Below, one piece after another: positions 37,053-49,372 of a DNA stretch of 64,000 bases. Position 1 is the first letter of the stretch; each line of letters begins with the position of its first letter. Below the pieces are notes generated by a model that had not been told where the DNA came from, searched no databases, and saw only the letters and a program-made list of their open reading frames with translations. The DNA comes from Octopus vulgaris (lineage: Eukaryota): NCBI GenBank assembly GCA_951406725.2, contig OX597814.1:161138001-161202000 (forward strand). Reading direction: 5' to 3'. A program made the translations under genes and the position numbers.

Positions 37053-37718
37053 ATGTAGTTAATCTACTGGTAGTAGATTTTCTTTAACAATGTTATTGCA
37101 TGCCAGTGGTTCCAAAATAGTATGCTGAGGCAGGCATACTGTCATGTAGGGACTCCTATAAAAATTTGGGTTGAGTGGAACATAACTATTTTCAGGTCCC
37201 AGGCTGGTGATGGTAGTGGGAAGTTTTCACAATATTCAAGAGTGAGAGGCCCTGAGGATAGTCCCTTCTTTGGCTCTCTAGGTCCTGATCAATGTCATTG
37301 CTGAACCCTAACTTTCTTTGATCCTGTTGATGTGCAGCAAAATGTAGCTAGATAAATTGCGAAAATTAATTTTAAAAATATGAAAAATAGATGATTAAAT
37401 TCTAAAATTCATAAATTTGTTATATTTATTGAATAAAAAACTAAATACTTAAATTTTTGTAGTTTAATTTTACATATAATTTATAGGCTAAAATATATAA
37501 ATATATTTTTATGATTCTCCTTTTTATTTTATGCCCAGTGTGTACTTTATATTTTTAATTGCTCTAAAGTGTGCTGTGAGTAAATAAAAAAAATGAAAGT
37601 TCAGGAAGCCATGGGATTGGATGACAACTCAAATATTTCAAATTTTTTTTATTAACAAATGTTCAAAAAATGAAGAGCTAAGTAAATAGAAATTTAAGCA
37701 AAAAGCAAGTTAATATTT

Positions 37719-37856
37719 ACATTATTTACATTATTTACATTCAACGGATATTTGTCCTCATCTTGTTTGTTGTTAACACAATGTTTCGGCTGATATTCCC
37801 TCCAGCCTTCTTCAGGTGTCTCGGGGAAATTTTGAACCTGGGTTCTCATTCCAAAG

Positions 37857-37891
<35 letters not shown>

Positions 37892-37982
37892 GTTCAGGTC
37901 ACTGAACAATAATAATAATAATAAAATATCCGTCGTGAGGTGGATAATAATGTACATAATTCCTCATCTCTCACATATAGAA
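37719..37982. mobile_element. Penelope-like element remnant with inverted terminal segment
   Basis: Minimal hammerhead on minus strand; aaatatccgt..aataatgta segment present in both orientations (37744-37753 vs ~37923-37932); candidate TSD caagttaat(a/g)ttt at 37706-37718 and 37983-37995. Confidence 0.6.
37775..37820 (-). ncRNA. Minimal type I hammerhead ribozyme motif (short stem III)
   Basis: gacac CTGAAGA a ggctg-gagggaatat-cagcc GAAAC ATT gtgtt; stem I gacac/gtgtt, stem II ggctg/cagcc. Confidence 0.65.
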
Positions 37983-38174
37983 CAAGTTAATGTTTGTTTG
38001 AATATTGAGTATTTTTACTAATGCTGATTAATTACTATATTACTGTAGTTGTTACTTTGCTGTAATAGACTTGTAATCAGAACTATTCCAACTATGACAT
38101 CCAAGCTTTTATTCAGATATAGATTTTTTTTCCAAGATTGTTTGGTGTGGAGGAAAAGGCTGTACCCTCTGAGA

Positions 38175-38475
38175 ATGTTGAGTTTGATGTGGTTGATGTT
38201 CTTGAGAAAATGTAAATCAATGACTGCAGAGAAAAAGCAGAGACTGAAGGGGAATTATGGATGGGTGATATTTGGGGGAGAAAGGATTGAGTATAGTGGT
38301 TAATGTAGGATCTGAGGTAGGAGAGGCATAATATGGGTGGTGAAAGGAGAAGTGAGCCTTAGGGAAGGGAGCTTGAGATCTACTAGTTCTAAGAAACAGA
38401 ACCCCTTGTAGTAGCAGAAAAGGTAGACTAAGAAGACATGTCTGAGGATTGGAGATTAAAGGTGTTGGCGACTTC
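38175..38475 (-). mobile_element. Ancient CR1-type LINE ORF2 C-terminal fragment
   Basis: Frameshifted pieces LFCYYKGFCFLELVD, HHPY and HYTQSFLPQISPIHNSP resemble LFYRYY.G.CS.EL ... HPY ... Y..SF.PRT...WNSLP. Confidence 0.5.
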
Positions 38476-38724
38476 ATATGTTTTCCCTCTTATAAGATGA
38501 TAGCAAGGGAGATATGACTGCTATTTTTGGCAGTTTGAGTGATCACATAGAGTCTCTTTATTGGAGAATGAGCTAATAATAGTAGCATAATGGGTTGGAT
38601 TTGAGAGGGAAAGAACTACTGCTTCTATTCACAATGATTGTGTTTGATCTTTTTTTTCCAGATGAAAGGCAGAATGTAGCATTAAATGAAGTCTATAAAT
38701 ATTAAACATGCTTTTCAGCTAAAG

Positions 38725-38915
38725 AGGGAGCTGTTATCTGGTTACTTGAAGTACTAGAGATAGCAGTCAAATCTTCATGTCAGACCCCATTGTGTTTGGA
38801 TAGTATAGTCCTGATAACACTGTGTCTCAGTAAAAGATGAGATGGTCATGGTTAGAATGCCTTTGATCATACATTTATTTAATCATGGCTGAAATGAGGC
38901 TAAACAATAACAACA
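38725..38915 (+). mobile_element. (AAC)n-tailed interspersed repeat family E; representative of roughly 20 diverged pieces across the window
   Basis: Motifs ctagaaatagcagccaaatctcc ... gatggtcatggctggaatgcctttgatcat ... ggctaaacaacaac recur at ~640, 3465, 10490, 12100, 12240, 13400, 13740, 24690, 25695, 35170, 47265, 49380, 50610, 52510, 52735, 54255 and 57195. Confidence 0.7.
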
Positions 38916-39445
38916 TACAAAGCATTTGTGTGTGTATGGTTTTACTTAACAGTAATACATAGATAGTGAATTAAAGGATGTGCAGTGAATGGAGAGAAAT
39001 TAGCTGAGCATAATTATTTGGATGAATGATTTGAACTTCTGAGAACGGTTAAAGGACAAGCTAGTTAAGACAGCAACTAGATGTCAAAGGTACTTAATTG
39101 ATGTAGGCAGGTAAGATGACTATGGTTGGTATAAATGTGCAATGCAAATGAATGATGCATGTTGGGTTAAGTGTTGTAATTTAAATATGGTGTGTGTTCC
39201 CTTGAAAATGTAAACCAAGTGAGGCTTATAAAATAGTTTACACAAGCTTGAAAATGTGTTGCTGAACAGATGATAAATTAAAAGAAAAATGTGATGATGT
39301 ACCAGTCTCTGTATTCTTTATAATTGTTTGAAATCTACACTCCTGATAATGTTCATAATCCAGGGAAGTGAACCTGAAGTAACCCCTCATAAAAATTACA
39401 GCATGATTGCTAATATCAAGCAATTATAAACACTTATTACTTATT

Positions 39446-39675
39446 TCTTTATTGCCCACAAGGGGCTAAACATAGAGGGAACAAACAAGGACAAACAAGG
39501 ACAGACAAAGGGATTAAGTCGATTACATTGACCTCAGTGCATAACTGGTACTTTATTTATCGACCCCGAAAGGATGAAAGGCAAAGTCGATCTAGGCAGA
39601 ATTTGAACTCAGAACAAAACGACAGACGAAATACTGCTAAGCATTTCGCTAACGTTTCTGCCAGCTCGCCACCTT
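39446..39675 (-). mobile_element. SINE-B young copy
   Basis: Highly similar to 63200-63426; TSD aacacttattacttatt at 39429-39445 and 39679-39695. Confidence 0.85.
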
Positions 39676-40945
39676 ATTAACACTTATTACTTATTAACAC
39701 TTATTATTGATGCGGTTAGCCATAACCCAGAACATACCTGAGAGCTACCATGGTATTCACCTCAATAATTTATCCCTATACACTCACCTTAAATATATAT
39801 GTATATGTATGTATGTATGTATGTATATATATATATATATATATGGTACAACAGGCTTCTTTCATACGACATACAACATACAACAGGCTTCTTTCAGTTT
39901 CTGTTTACCAAATTTACTAACAAAGCTTTGGTTAGCCCAAGGCTATAGTGGAAGACGCTTATCCAAGATGCCATGATTGGAGACTGAATCTAGAACCATG
40001 TGGTTGAGAAGCAAACTACTTATCACACGCCCACTCCAGTTTAGTATACCACTTATTTACAACTATGTTGAATTTAGCAAAAACCTATCCTTTTTTTTTT
40101 TTCCAAAAATGCAGTAACTCTTTAGAAGTGAGTTTGATATAAATCAGACATTGTGCCATTGACCTGCTTATTAAGAATCTGTATCTGTTGTTGATTTGCC
40201 ACAATGTTATTCAATGTCTGTTGTTAATTATTACACTGATGAACAGAATGTTAATTCAAGATGAATGCCTGACAACCCAGAATACTGGAGAAGGTGAGAT
40301 GTTTATATTTTCCAGATTGGATCCTATTTTAATATAGAAGGTGCAGGCATGGCTGTGTGGTTAAGAAGCTTGCTTTCCAACCATATGATCTCAGGTTCAG
40401 TCCCACTGTACAGCACCTTGAGTAAGTATCTTCTACTATAGTCCTGGATTGTTCAAAACCTTTTGAGTAGATTTGGTACATGGAAACTGAAAGAAGTTCA
40501 TTGTTTATATAAAACAATGATGATGATGATGATGATGACGATGACGATGACGATGATGATGATGGTGATGATGTCTTACTTAGGTACAAGGCCAAAAAGT
40601 AAGGATAGGTGGAGTGCAGAACAAGAGATGCAACATCTTATGAGTTTAGCTGTGCTATTACATTAAAGCTTCAATAGAGAGATATCCTTCTCACTTGCTT
40701 CATGCTCTTTCTTGATGGGGCTGGGGTCATTCAAGGTTAGTGGTCCCAGAGGCGTCATCATACATAGAGCTGACCAGGTCCACTAATGCTTCCTATCACT
40801 AGCAGTCTCATGCCAGCCACCTCTACATCCTCCAGGATGATGTCAAGCCTCTGGATTAATCACATCTGGCCATGTAAAAGTGTCAGTTACCTTTTCTGCA
40901 GCCAGCTCTTTAATCTTTTGACAAGATTATTTTAAATCATGCTCA

Positions 40946-40983
<38 letters not shown>

Positions 40984-40984
40984 G

Positions 40985-41036
<52 letters not shown>

Positions 41037-41070
41037 CCTCCTCACCAAATTCATGAACGAGGAGGGATTT

Positions 41071-41631
41071 TTGTTGTTTGTTCCTTCTGAAGCCACACCT
41101 GGCTCATGAGGGCTGGTTTCCCCCAGTTTCCTTGGCATATAGGTTCCCCACCTGGACGGGACGCCAGTCCGTTGCAGGTGAGCTGCAAGATGCAGGAGGA
41201 AAGAGTGAGTGAAAGTTGTGGCGAAAGAGTCAGCAGAAGTTTGCCATTACCTTCTACCGGAGCCGCGTGGAGCTTAGGTGGTTCGCTCATAAACACACAC
41301 ATCGTCCAGCCTGAGATTCGAACCTGCGGCCCCTCGACCACGAGTTCACTGCTCTAACCCCCAGGCCATATGTCTCCACACATAAATAAATAAATGCGCC
41401 CTTTAAAGCCTAGCCAGGCTCATGGGGCCAGTTTCCCGGTCTCTATAGCATATGTGTTCCCCAGCTGGACGGGACGCCAGTCCATCACAGCGTTACTCAT
41501 TTTTGCCAGCTGAGTGGACTGGAGCAAAGTGTTTTGCTCAAGAACACAACGCATTGCTCGGTCCAGGAATCGAAACCACAACCTTACAATCATGGTGCTG
41601 ACACCCTAACCACTAAGCCACGCGCCTCCAC
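41071..41631 (-). mobile_element. Two different SINE-C-group elements head-to-tail (41071-41381 and 41385-41631)
   Basis: Two tRNA-like heads with B boxes (ggttcgaatc, gtttcgattcc); one 12-bp TSD gaggagggattt at 41059-41070 and 41633-41644. Confidence 0.8.
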
Positions 41632-43708
41632 TGAGGAGGGATTTGACTTAGTATATATCTTATTCTCTTAGCATCATTACCATTGTTAAAAACATCCCTG
41701 TCACTATTGACACTCTTTCTTACTGCTTAACATCTATGTGTTTTGTTCAGTGACAGAGAGGGTGTAGTGCAAGTCTATTTTTTTATCATTAACTCTGGAC
41801 ATGTTTTAATCATATTAGACCTCATCTGTAAAGCTTAGTCTCAACATAGTTCATTAACATTATGTCTTGTTATAATGATTCAAACTATGGAAGATCACAG
41901 AGCTCAGTAGTTCATATCCTGACATCAACACTAACCAAGAGTCTTTAATTCTGATCAAATAAACAAGGTTGCTTGTATATGGTCATTCAACCTGCTAGAA
42001 ATAGCAGCCAAATCTTTTTGAAGAAAGTTCAAAATTCTGTCAGAAATTTGGCCTCAGATATAGTTGTGTGACAAACTGCATTTTGTAAAGTATATAGTTC
42101 ATTTCAGTTTCGGCATCCTATTTATAATCACATTGATGATGATAGCAGAATGTATCATTTTCCTATATATACTCTTTTAAATGAAAAGAAATAGAGTTTA
42201 GCACGGGTGAAGGAAGTTTCTGCTTTTGTAATTAGAATTACTAACATTGGAGTCCATTGGGTTCAATTTGGGTGTTAATGTAGCATTAAGTTTGTTAATT
42301 GGAATAACTTATGAAAATAAAATTGTTGTGTCTATTCTCAAAAAAAAAAGTAGTTGAGAAAAATCTATAGTTTCATAAAATTATTAAACAAATTGATTTG
42401 ATGAATAAATAAGTACACAAAACATAAAGTGAACATTTCACAGATGTTTCATTTTTTTTTATCTTAACTTTAGAGGAATTAAAATGTGTTTCTCTCTCTC
42501 ACTCACACTTGTGAGTTGTGAATAGGCAATTTCCTGATATGCTTTGTTTAATAGGAGTGTATGTTTATAGGAAGGAGGGAGTTGCTTTTGGAAAAGGGAT
42601 GTTAGAAAATTAAAGCATCCTGCTTTAAAACTGTAAAATTCAAGAGAGCTCTGATGAAATTGTACTGGCATGAGTTTGTCAAATCAATAAATTGCTAACT
42701 TTTTTTTGCAATAAGATGTGTTGCTTAATATGTTCATGGAAAAAAAAAAAGATAATGTAAGAAAAAGAAGTGAAAATAACTTTGTGAGCTGATTCCAAAT
42801 AATCTAATTTATCAAATATTTTTTTTCTTGTCTAGATGAAGCTATTATTATTTTTTTGAAAGTAACTTCTTCACTGGTGCCAACCTTTTAGCTTTATGAA
42901 TATTAGCAAAGTTTGTGACTCAAGTTTTTTTCGTGTCAAATGAGTCAGATTCCTTTAAAAGACTGTAACATCATGTTGAGTCTCTCTCAAAGAAGTGTGT
43001 GCAAGGTAGTTAAATTCATTAAATTTTGAAAAACATTTGCAATAATATTGAAGATGATAATTAAAATTTGATGATGGAATTTTTGTCTCTTGACAGTTTT
43101 CATTCATTCTTTCATAGTTGATAGTGACCTAGCAAAGAACAAACAAACAAAATAAAAACATCAACAAGAAAAACAGGTAAAAATGCTTTTTATTTTTCTT
43201 AGTATTGGAGATAAAAATAGTATTTTCATTAAAATTCTTCTCTGCATATCTGTGAGAGTTCTCTGTTTTCTCTGTATGAATAATTTTCCTGCTAGATAGT
43301 AACCCACTAGTTTGCAGTAATATAACACTACACAACATACTTGATGTTGAAATTATGTTTTTATTTCTTTTTTAACTCTGCTGTGCTTTGCTGCATACTA
43401 AGGGGTGACCAAATCTGATGAGCTACTACTGCTCACAAAGGTATCCCAGGTACAAACTCACTAACATCGTAGCACTGTCTCTTGCCACTGGGTCGCTACT
43501 GGTTCTTCAGCTCCATTCTCAATGACAAATGCACTCTGAATTTTTCGAGCATTTGGATATATTGTTAATGGAGGGACTGAAATAAAAAAAATACAGGTAT
43601 TTGATAAACATTTTTGCTTTTCATTTACTACACGAGTTAACTATAATTAGTTTCTTGTTTTCATTTATATTTCAACATGACACAACACTCTTCCACTCTG
43701 TTACTCAT

Positions 43709-43720
43709 TCTATCTGTCTG

Positions 43721-43798
<78 letters not shown>

Positions 43799-43805
43799 CA
43801 CCTAC

Positions 43806-43863
<58 letters not shown>

Positions 43864-43871
43864 CTCTCTCT

Positions 43872-43916
<45 letters not shown>

Positions 43917-43920
43917 TCCC
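43709..43920. repeat. (TATC)n-(CT)n compound microsatellite
   Basis: Directly visible. Confidence 0.95.
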
Positions 43921-44248
43921 TCTATTACTTTTTATCATGCTGTTCACGCTTTTTCACTACATTTTGTTTTCTTTTTCTTACTTTTTCTTTTCTTTAAAAT
44001 ACAGTTATGCTTTAAGTTACTGCAAAAATATTTTTTAAAAAATTTGTTGGATGACGATAATTTTTTTTGCATAAACATCAAACAACAGGCTTTTAGTCAT
44101 GGGTCAGAGGAGGTTGTAACGTTCATGCTTTTCTACAAAATAGAAATATCTTTAACAGGAAATCAAAATAAGATTATGAACTTAAATTGCTGAAAGTTTA
44201 CAACTTCTTTATTCTTTACTTTCCTGTGTAAGAGGTCTGAAAATTTAT

Positions 44249-44476
44249 TTAACCTGTTAGCATTAGATTACTGTCAAATGTAATGCTTCTTTATTTACAT
44301 TTTTAAAAAATTAATAACATTGTTTTATAGCTTGAAGATTTTGTTGATATGATTGTTTATTTTTAGAATGACTTTCTTGGTAGGGTAGGTGTGAGAGGCC
44401 TGTTCTGGTGAGTTTGAGCATAAAACAGGTAGAATATTTGGACTGGATATGACTGGTTCGAATGCTGAAGGATTAA
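44249..44476. mobile_element. piggyBac-type MITE family 2
   Basis: TTAA|cctgttagcatt ... aatgctgaagga|TTAA. Confidence 0.65.
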
Positions 44477-44524
44477 AAATGGAAATTCAAAGTTGTGATG
44501 TTTATATGTCTTTAAGAAGAACGG

Positions 44525-44690
44525 AAGCACAGGTGTAGCTGTGTGGTAAGAAGCTTGCTTCCCTACCACATGGTTTTGGGTTCCGTCCCACCGCATGGCA
44601 TCTTGGGCAAGTGTTTTCTACTATAGCCTCAGACCAACCAAAGCCTTGTGGGTGGATTCAGTAGATGGAAACTGAAAGAAGCCTGTCATA

Positions 44691-44727
<37 letters not shown>

Positions 44728-44743
44728 GTATATGTATGTATGC

Positions 44744-44776
<33 letters not shown>

Positions 44777-45050
44777 AATATATAGACATACACACACACA
44801 CATATGTGTGTATGTATGTATGTATATATGTATGTGTGTGTATGTGTCTTTGTGTGTCCCCAACCACTGCTTGACAACTGGTGTTGGTGTATTTACATCC
44901 CTGTAACTTAGTGGTTTTGCAAAAGAGACTTATAGAATAAGTACTAGACTTCAAAAAAAAGTCCTGGGTTTGATTTGTTTGACTAAACCCGTCAACGTGG
45001 TGCTCCAGCATGGCTGCAGTCAAATGAGTGAAGCAAGTAAATGAATAAAT
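44525..45050 (+). mobile_element. SINE-A full-length copy with expanded internal microsatellite
   Basis: Head, (TA)/(TG) tract and tail as in 48977-49372. Confidence 0.85.
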
Positions 45051-46576
45051 AAAGCAGCTCCAGCTGTGAAATGAAACTTGTTTGCCGACTCAGTTTCCTT
45101 AGAACTTACCTTGACACAAATTCCAGCCAACAAGGGAACCTTTATGTGATTACTTAACTTAACACCTACCTCCATGCTGATATTTGCTGTTCCTCTGCAC
45201 TTATTGGTATTTATGTGCATCCCCGCACAGTTTGGGACCAGTGAGGCAATTGATGTTGCAGCTATTTCTGTGTGAATGTACTTATTTGGGATATTGTTAA
45301 AGTAATGTTCTGGGGTGTTGTATATATATTTGGGTATTTGGAGGTGGGTTTTCATGTAATGACAGGGACAAGGGATATTGAAACTTGCAACAGCAATAAA
45401 CTTTGTATATTCAGTTGGTCTTTTGTTTTTAGTATATTTGTTTCATTGTGTTGTGGGCCAGGTACAACCTGTTATAATATTTAGTGAATTGTCTTGCGTG
45501 TTTTATTTAAAAAAAATTTTATATCACATTCTGTGAGCTATAGTGTCTTTAGTTGCGGGTTTCCTATAGGCCAATCACTGGTTCACTGAAGGCAAAAGTG
45601 ACAAGGGAGTGTCTGTAAGTCAGTGCAGAACAAATATCAAAAAAAATATTTGATATCTCAACACCACCACCACCACCACCACCCTTATTTACAGGCAGAT
45701 GTCCTTCACTTGTTTTCAAGTAAGGTCACATTTTCCCATGACTGGACACGTTTTCAAGGAAGATTGGAAACTAATAAATTGCTTGTATGACAGTGACATT
45801 TATTTACAACTATACACACATAGACACACACACACACACATATATAAATATGATAGACTTCTTTCAGTTCCCATCTACCTAATTCCCTCACAAGGTTTTG
45901 ATTGGCACAAGGCTATACTAAAAGACATTTGATCTAAGTGCCATGCAGTGGAATTGAACCTGAAACCATGTGGTTGGGAAGCAACTTCTTAACCACATAG
46001 CCATTTTGAAAAAAACAAAAAGGTATAAAAATCATGGTGGAGTGACAGAAATGTCTTGTGAGACTGCCTTTATCTTTTAATCTGGTGAAATTACTAAAAT
46101 AAATACCAGTAATATATTGTGTTTAAACAAAATAAACTACACACATCTTTTATTTTTTGAAAAAAAAATAGGGTTGTATTTATTAAAATAAAAATAATCA
46201 GAAAGTGCATTACCAAAATTCAGGAGAATTAGACATTTTAATTTTAAGCTAAAAATCAGTTTCATTTCATTTACAAAATATAAATATAGTTTTTACAACA
46301 CTTCTAATATTGGTAAGCAGAAGGGGTTTTGTCTCCTCCCTTCTATGAAGTTGGATGTAATGGAAATGGCATTGTATTCATTGCTGAGCTTTTGGTATGG
46401 TTTCCTGGACTATGTCTTTTAATTACACTTTATATCATGCATGCCTGGAATTGGTGAGGGGAAATATTCCATTGGCTGGAAGTCTTGGAAGTCTAAAATG
46501 TTGAATGATTAATCAAATAGAATTTTAAAACAAAACGAAAAAAAATAAGCACATGCTCATTTTCATACTTCCTAAC

Positions 46577-46800
46577 TAACCACCACCAGCACCACCAGCA
46601 CCACCACGACGACCACCACCACGACGACCACCACCACCATGACCACCAGCACGACGATGATGATGATGACGACGACGACAACGACGATGACGACAACGAC
46701 AATGACGACAATGACGACGACCACCACCACGACCACCACTACTGTTGCCACCACTGCAGCTGCCTTGTCCCCACCCCAAACAACAATAACAACAACATTG
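46577..46800. repeat. Compound trinucleotide low-complexity tract (CAC/GAC/GAT/AAC)
   Basis: Directly visible; similar tracts at 47465-47725, 50940-51180 and 52150-52230. Confidence 0.9.
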
Positions 46801-46859
46801 CCACTATCAGCACTAACATCAGTACCACAACCATTTATATCACATCCACCCTTGCAATA

Positions 46860-47182
46860 AGCTGACATTCTGTCAGTTACGATGATGAGGGTTACAGTTC
46901 ATCAGATCAACAGAACTTACTCATGAAATTAACGTGCAGATGGTTGAGTACTCCACAGACACGTGTACCCTTAATGGTGTTCTCAGGGAGATTCAGCATG
47001 ACACAGAATGTGACAAAGCTGGCCCTTTGAATTACCGGTGCTGCTCTTTTTTGCCAACTGAGTGGACTGGAGCAACGGGAAATAAAGTGTCTTGCTCAAG
47101 GATGCAATGTGCTGCAAGGAATTGAACTCATGACCTTACAACTGTGAGCTGAATACCCTACCCACTGAGCCACATGCCTTCA
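46860..47182 (-). mobile_element. SINE-C group long-tail variant
   Basis: Reverse complement of 21878-22198; TSD ccttgcaat at 46850-46858 and 47185-47193. Confidence 0.8.
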
Positions 47183-47661
47183 TACCTTGCAATGATCATC
47201 ATATCAACCTTCTCCACCTTCACTTTGTACTATCTACTATTTCATTGTGGAAAGAGAGTGAAAGAGCCTATATGTAGTCACTCAACCTGTCAGAAATAGT
47301 AACCGCATTGTCCTCAAATTATATCCTGCCCTTTTAAAAGAAAGGACGTATTGGATGATTTGTTCCTCAAATACCTGCGCATAGGAGAAAACATGGGTTG
47401 CTGACAGCTGAAAAGACTTCCATTATTGGTCTGTTTGACTAAGGTTTACTTGGGGCTACACAACTATAACAATAACATCATCAGCCTCCTCCTCCTCCTC
47501 CTCCTCCTCCTCCTCATCATCATCATCATCATCATCAACAACAACAACAACAACAACACAACAACAACAACAACAACAACAGCAACAACAACAACCTACC
47601 CACTACAACTCCATCAATAGCCTCTACTTTACAATAACCAATATCAAATATGAGCAGCCAA

Positions 47662-47726
<65 letters not shown>

Positions 47727-48088
47727 GAAAAAGAAAATTAAAAAGGGTAAAAAAAAGGAGTAAATTACAAAAATCCCCTACTAATTGCATGCTATCAGAA
47801 ATAGCCTTTTCTGAATCACAAGCAGCATGCACACCCAATATCCATTGATCATTTACAGAATGAAAACAAAAATACTTAAAATCAGTAACGCCTAAGAGAT
47901 ATGATGTGGGCTGGGTAAGGGGTGGTGGTATGTGTGCATGGGTGGGGCGTGTGTGTGCATGTGTATATGTGTGTGTACATGTGCACATGTGTGTGGGTGT
48001 GACAGTGTTTGTGCAATACGTGACTACATCCTGTTCTAGCATCATAGTGTCCTGTAGCTACATCCACACATGCATGCACGCATACATG

Positions 48089-48130
<42 letters not shown>

Positions 48131-48222
48131 AAGCATATTTATACAGATATAAATGTAATATGTAGTATGTGCCTATTTTAAACCCATGTTCCATACAATG
48201 ATATATATTGTATATATATTAT

Positions 48223-48269
<47 letters not shown>

Positions 48270-48412
48270 GGTGTAGGAGTGACAGTGTGGTAAGTAGCTT
48301 GCTTACCAACCACATGGTTCCGGGTTCAGTCCCACTGCATGGCACCTTGGGCAAGTGTCTTCTACTATAGCCTCAGGATTTGGTAGACAGAAACTGAAAG
48401 AAGCCCATCATA

Positions 48413-48495
<83 letters not shown>

Positions 48496-48500
48496 GTATG

Positions 48501-48558
<58 letters not shown>

Positions 48559-48780
48559 TGTGTATATGTTTGTGTATCTGTGCTTGTCACCCCCAACATT
48601 GCTTGACAACTGATGCTAGTGTGTTTACATCCCCATAACTTAGCGGTTTGGCAAAAGAGACCGATAGAATTACTAGGCTTGCAAAGAATTAGTCCTGGGG
48701 TCGATTTGCTCAACTAAAGGCAGTGCTTCAGCATGGCCACAGTCAAATGACTGAAACAAGTAAAAGAGTAAAAGAGTAAG
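48270..48780 (+). mobile_element. SINE-A copy
   Basis: tggtaagtagcttgcttaccaaccacatggttccgggttcagtccc head; long (TA)n; gtaaaagag tail. Confidence 0.85.
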
Positions 48781-48976
48781 AATATATAGGTATAATATAT
48801 ATTGGTTTCAAATTTTGGTACAAGGCCAACAATTTTGGGAGAGTGGGTAAGTAGATTACATTGCACACCCGTACTCAACTGGTATTCATTTTATTGAACC
48901 TGAAAAGATGAAAAGTAAAGTCAGTTTTGGTGGCTATATGAATATAATATATATTATATCAAAAAAAATATGTGTA

Positions 48977-49132
48977 GGTGCAGGAATGGCTGTGTGGTAA
49001 GAAGCTTGCTTCCCAACCACATGGTCTTGGGTTCAGTCCCACTCCGTGGCACCTTGGGCAAGTGTCTTCTACTATAGCCTCAGGCTAGCCAAAGCCTTGT
49101 GAGTGGATTTGGTAGACAGAAGCCTGTCATAC

Positions 49133-49168
<36 letters not shown>

Positions 49169-49372
49169 TTGTGTGTCTGCGTTTGACCCCCCCCCCATCA
49201 CTTGACAACCGATGTTGGTGTATTTACTTCCCCATAACTTAGCGGTTTAGCAAAAGAGATTGATAGAATAAGTACAAGGCTTACAAAGAATAAGTCCTGG
49301 GGTTGATTAGTTTGATTAAAGGCAGTGCCCCAGCATGGCTGCAGTCAAATGACTGAAACAAGCAAAAGAGTA
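48977..49372 (+). mobile_element. SINE-A copy
   Basis: Complete head-microsatellite-tail structure. Confidence 0.85.

Noticed and set aside
43415-43440. CTGATGA followed by a small hairpin
   Set aside because: No GAAA or stem III after the hairpin, so not a hammerhead.
43601-44038. Long 145-aa ORF and the many YI/CV/HT-repeat ORFs
   Set aside because: Translations of (TATC)n, (TA)n and (CA)n microsatellites.
45110-45267. Possible minus-strand coding exon ending at CAAG|GTAAGT within ORF 45020..45355
   Set aside because: Weak acceptor, unrecognised peptide and no partner exons.
46493-46868. Thr/Val/Gly-rich mucin-like ORFs (also 50838-51237)
   Set aside because: Open in several frames on both strands because of trinucleotide repeats; no splice or domain evidence.
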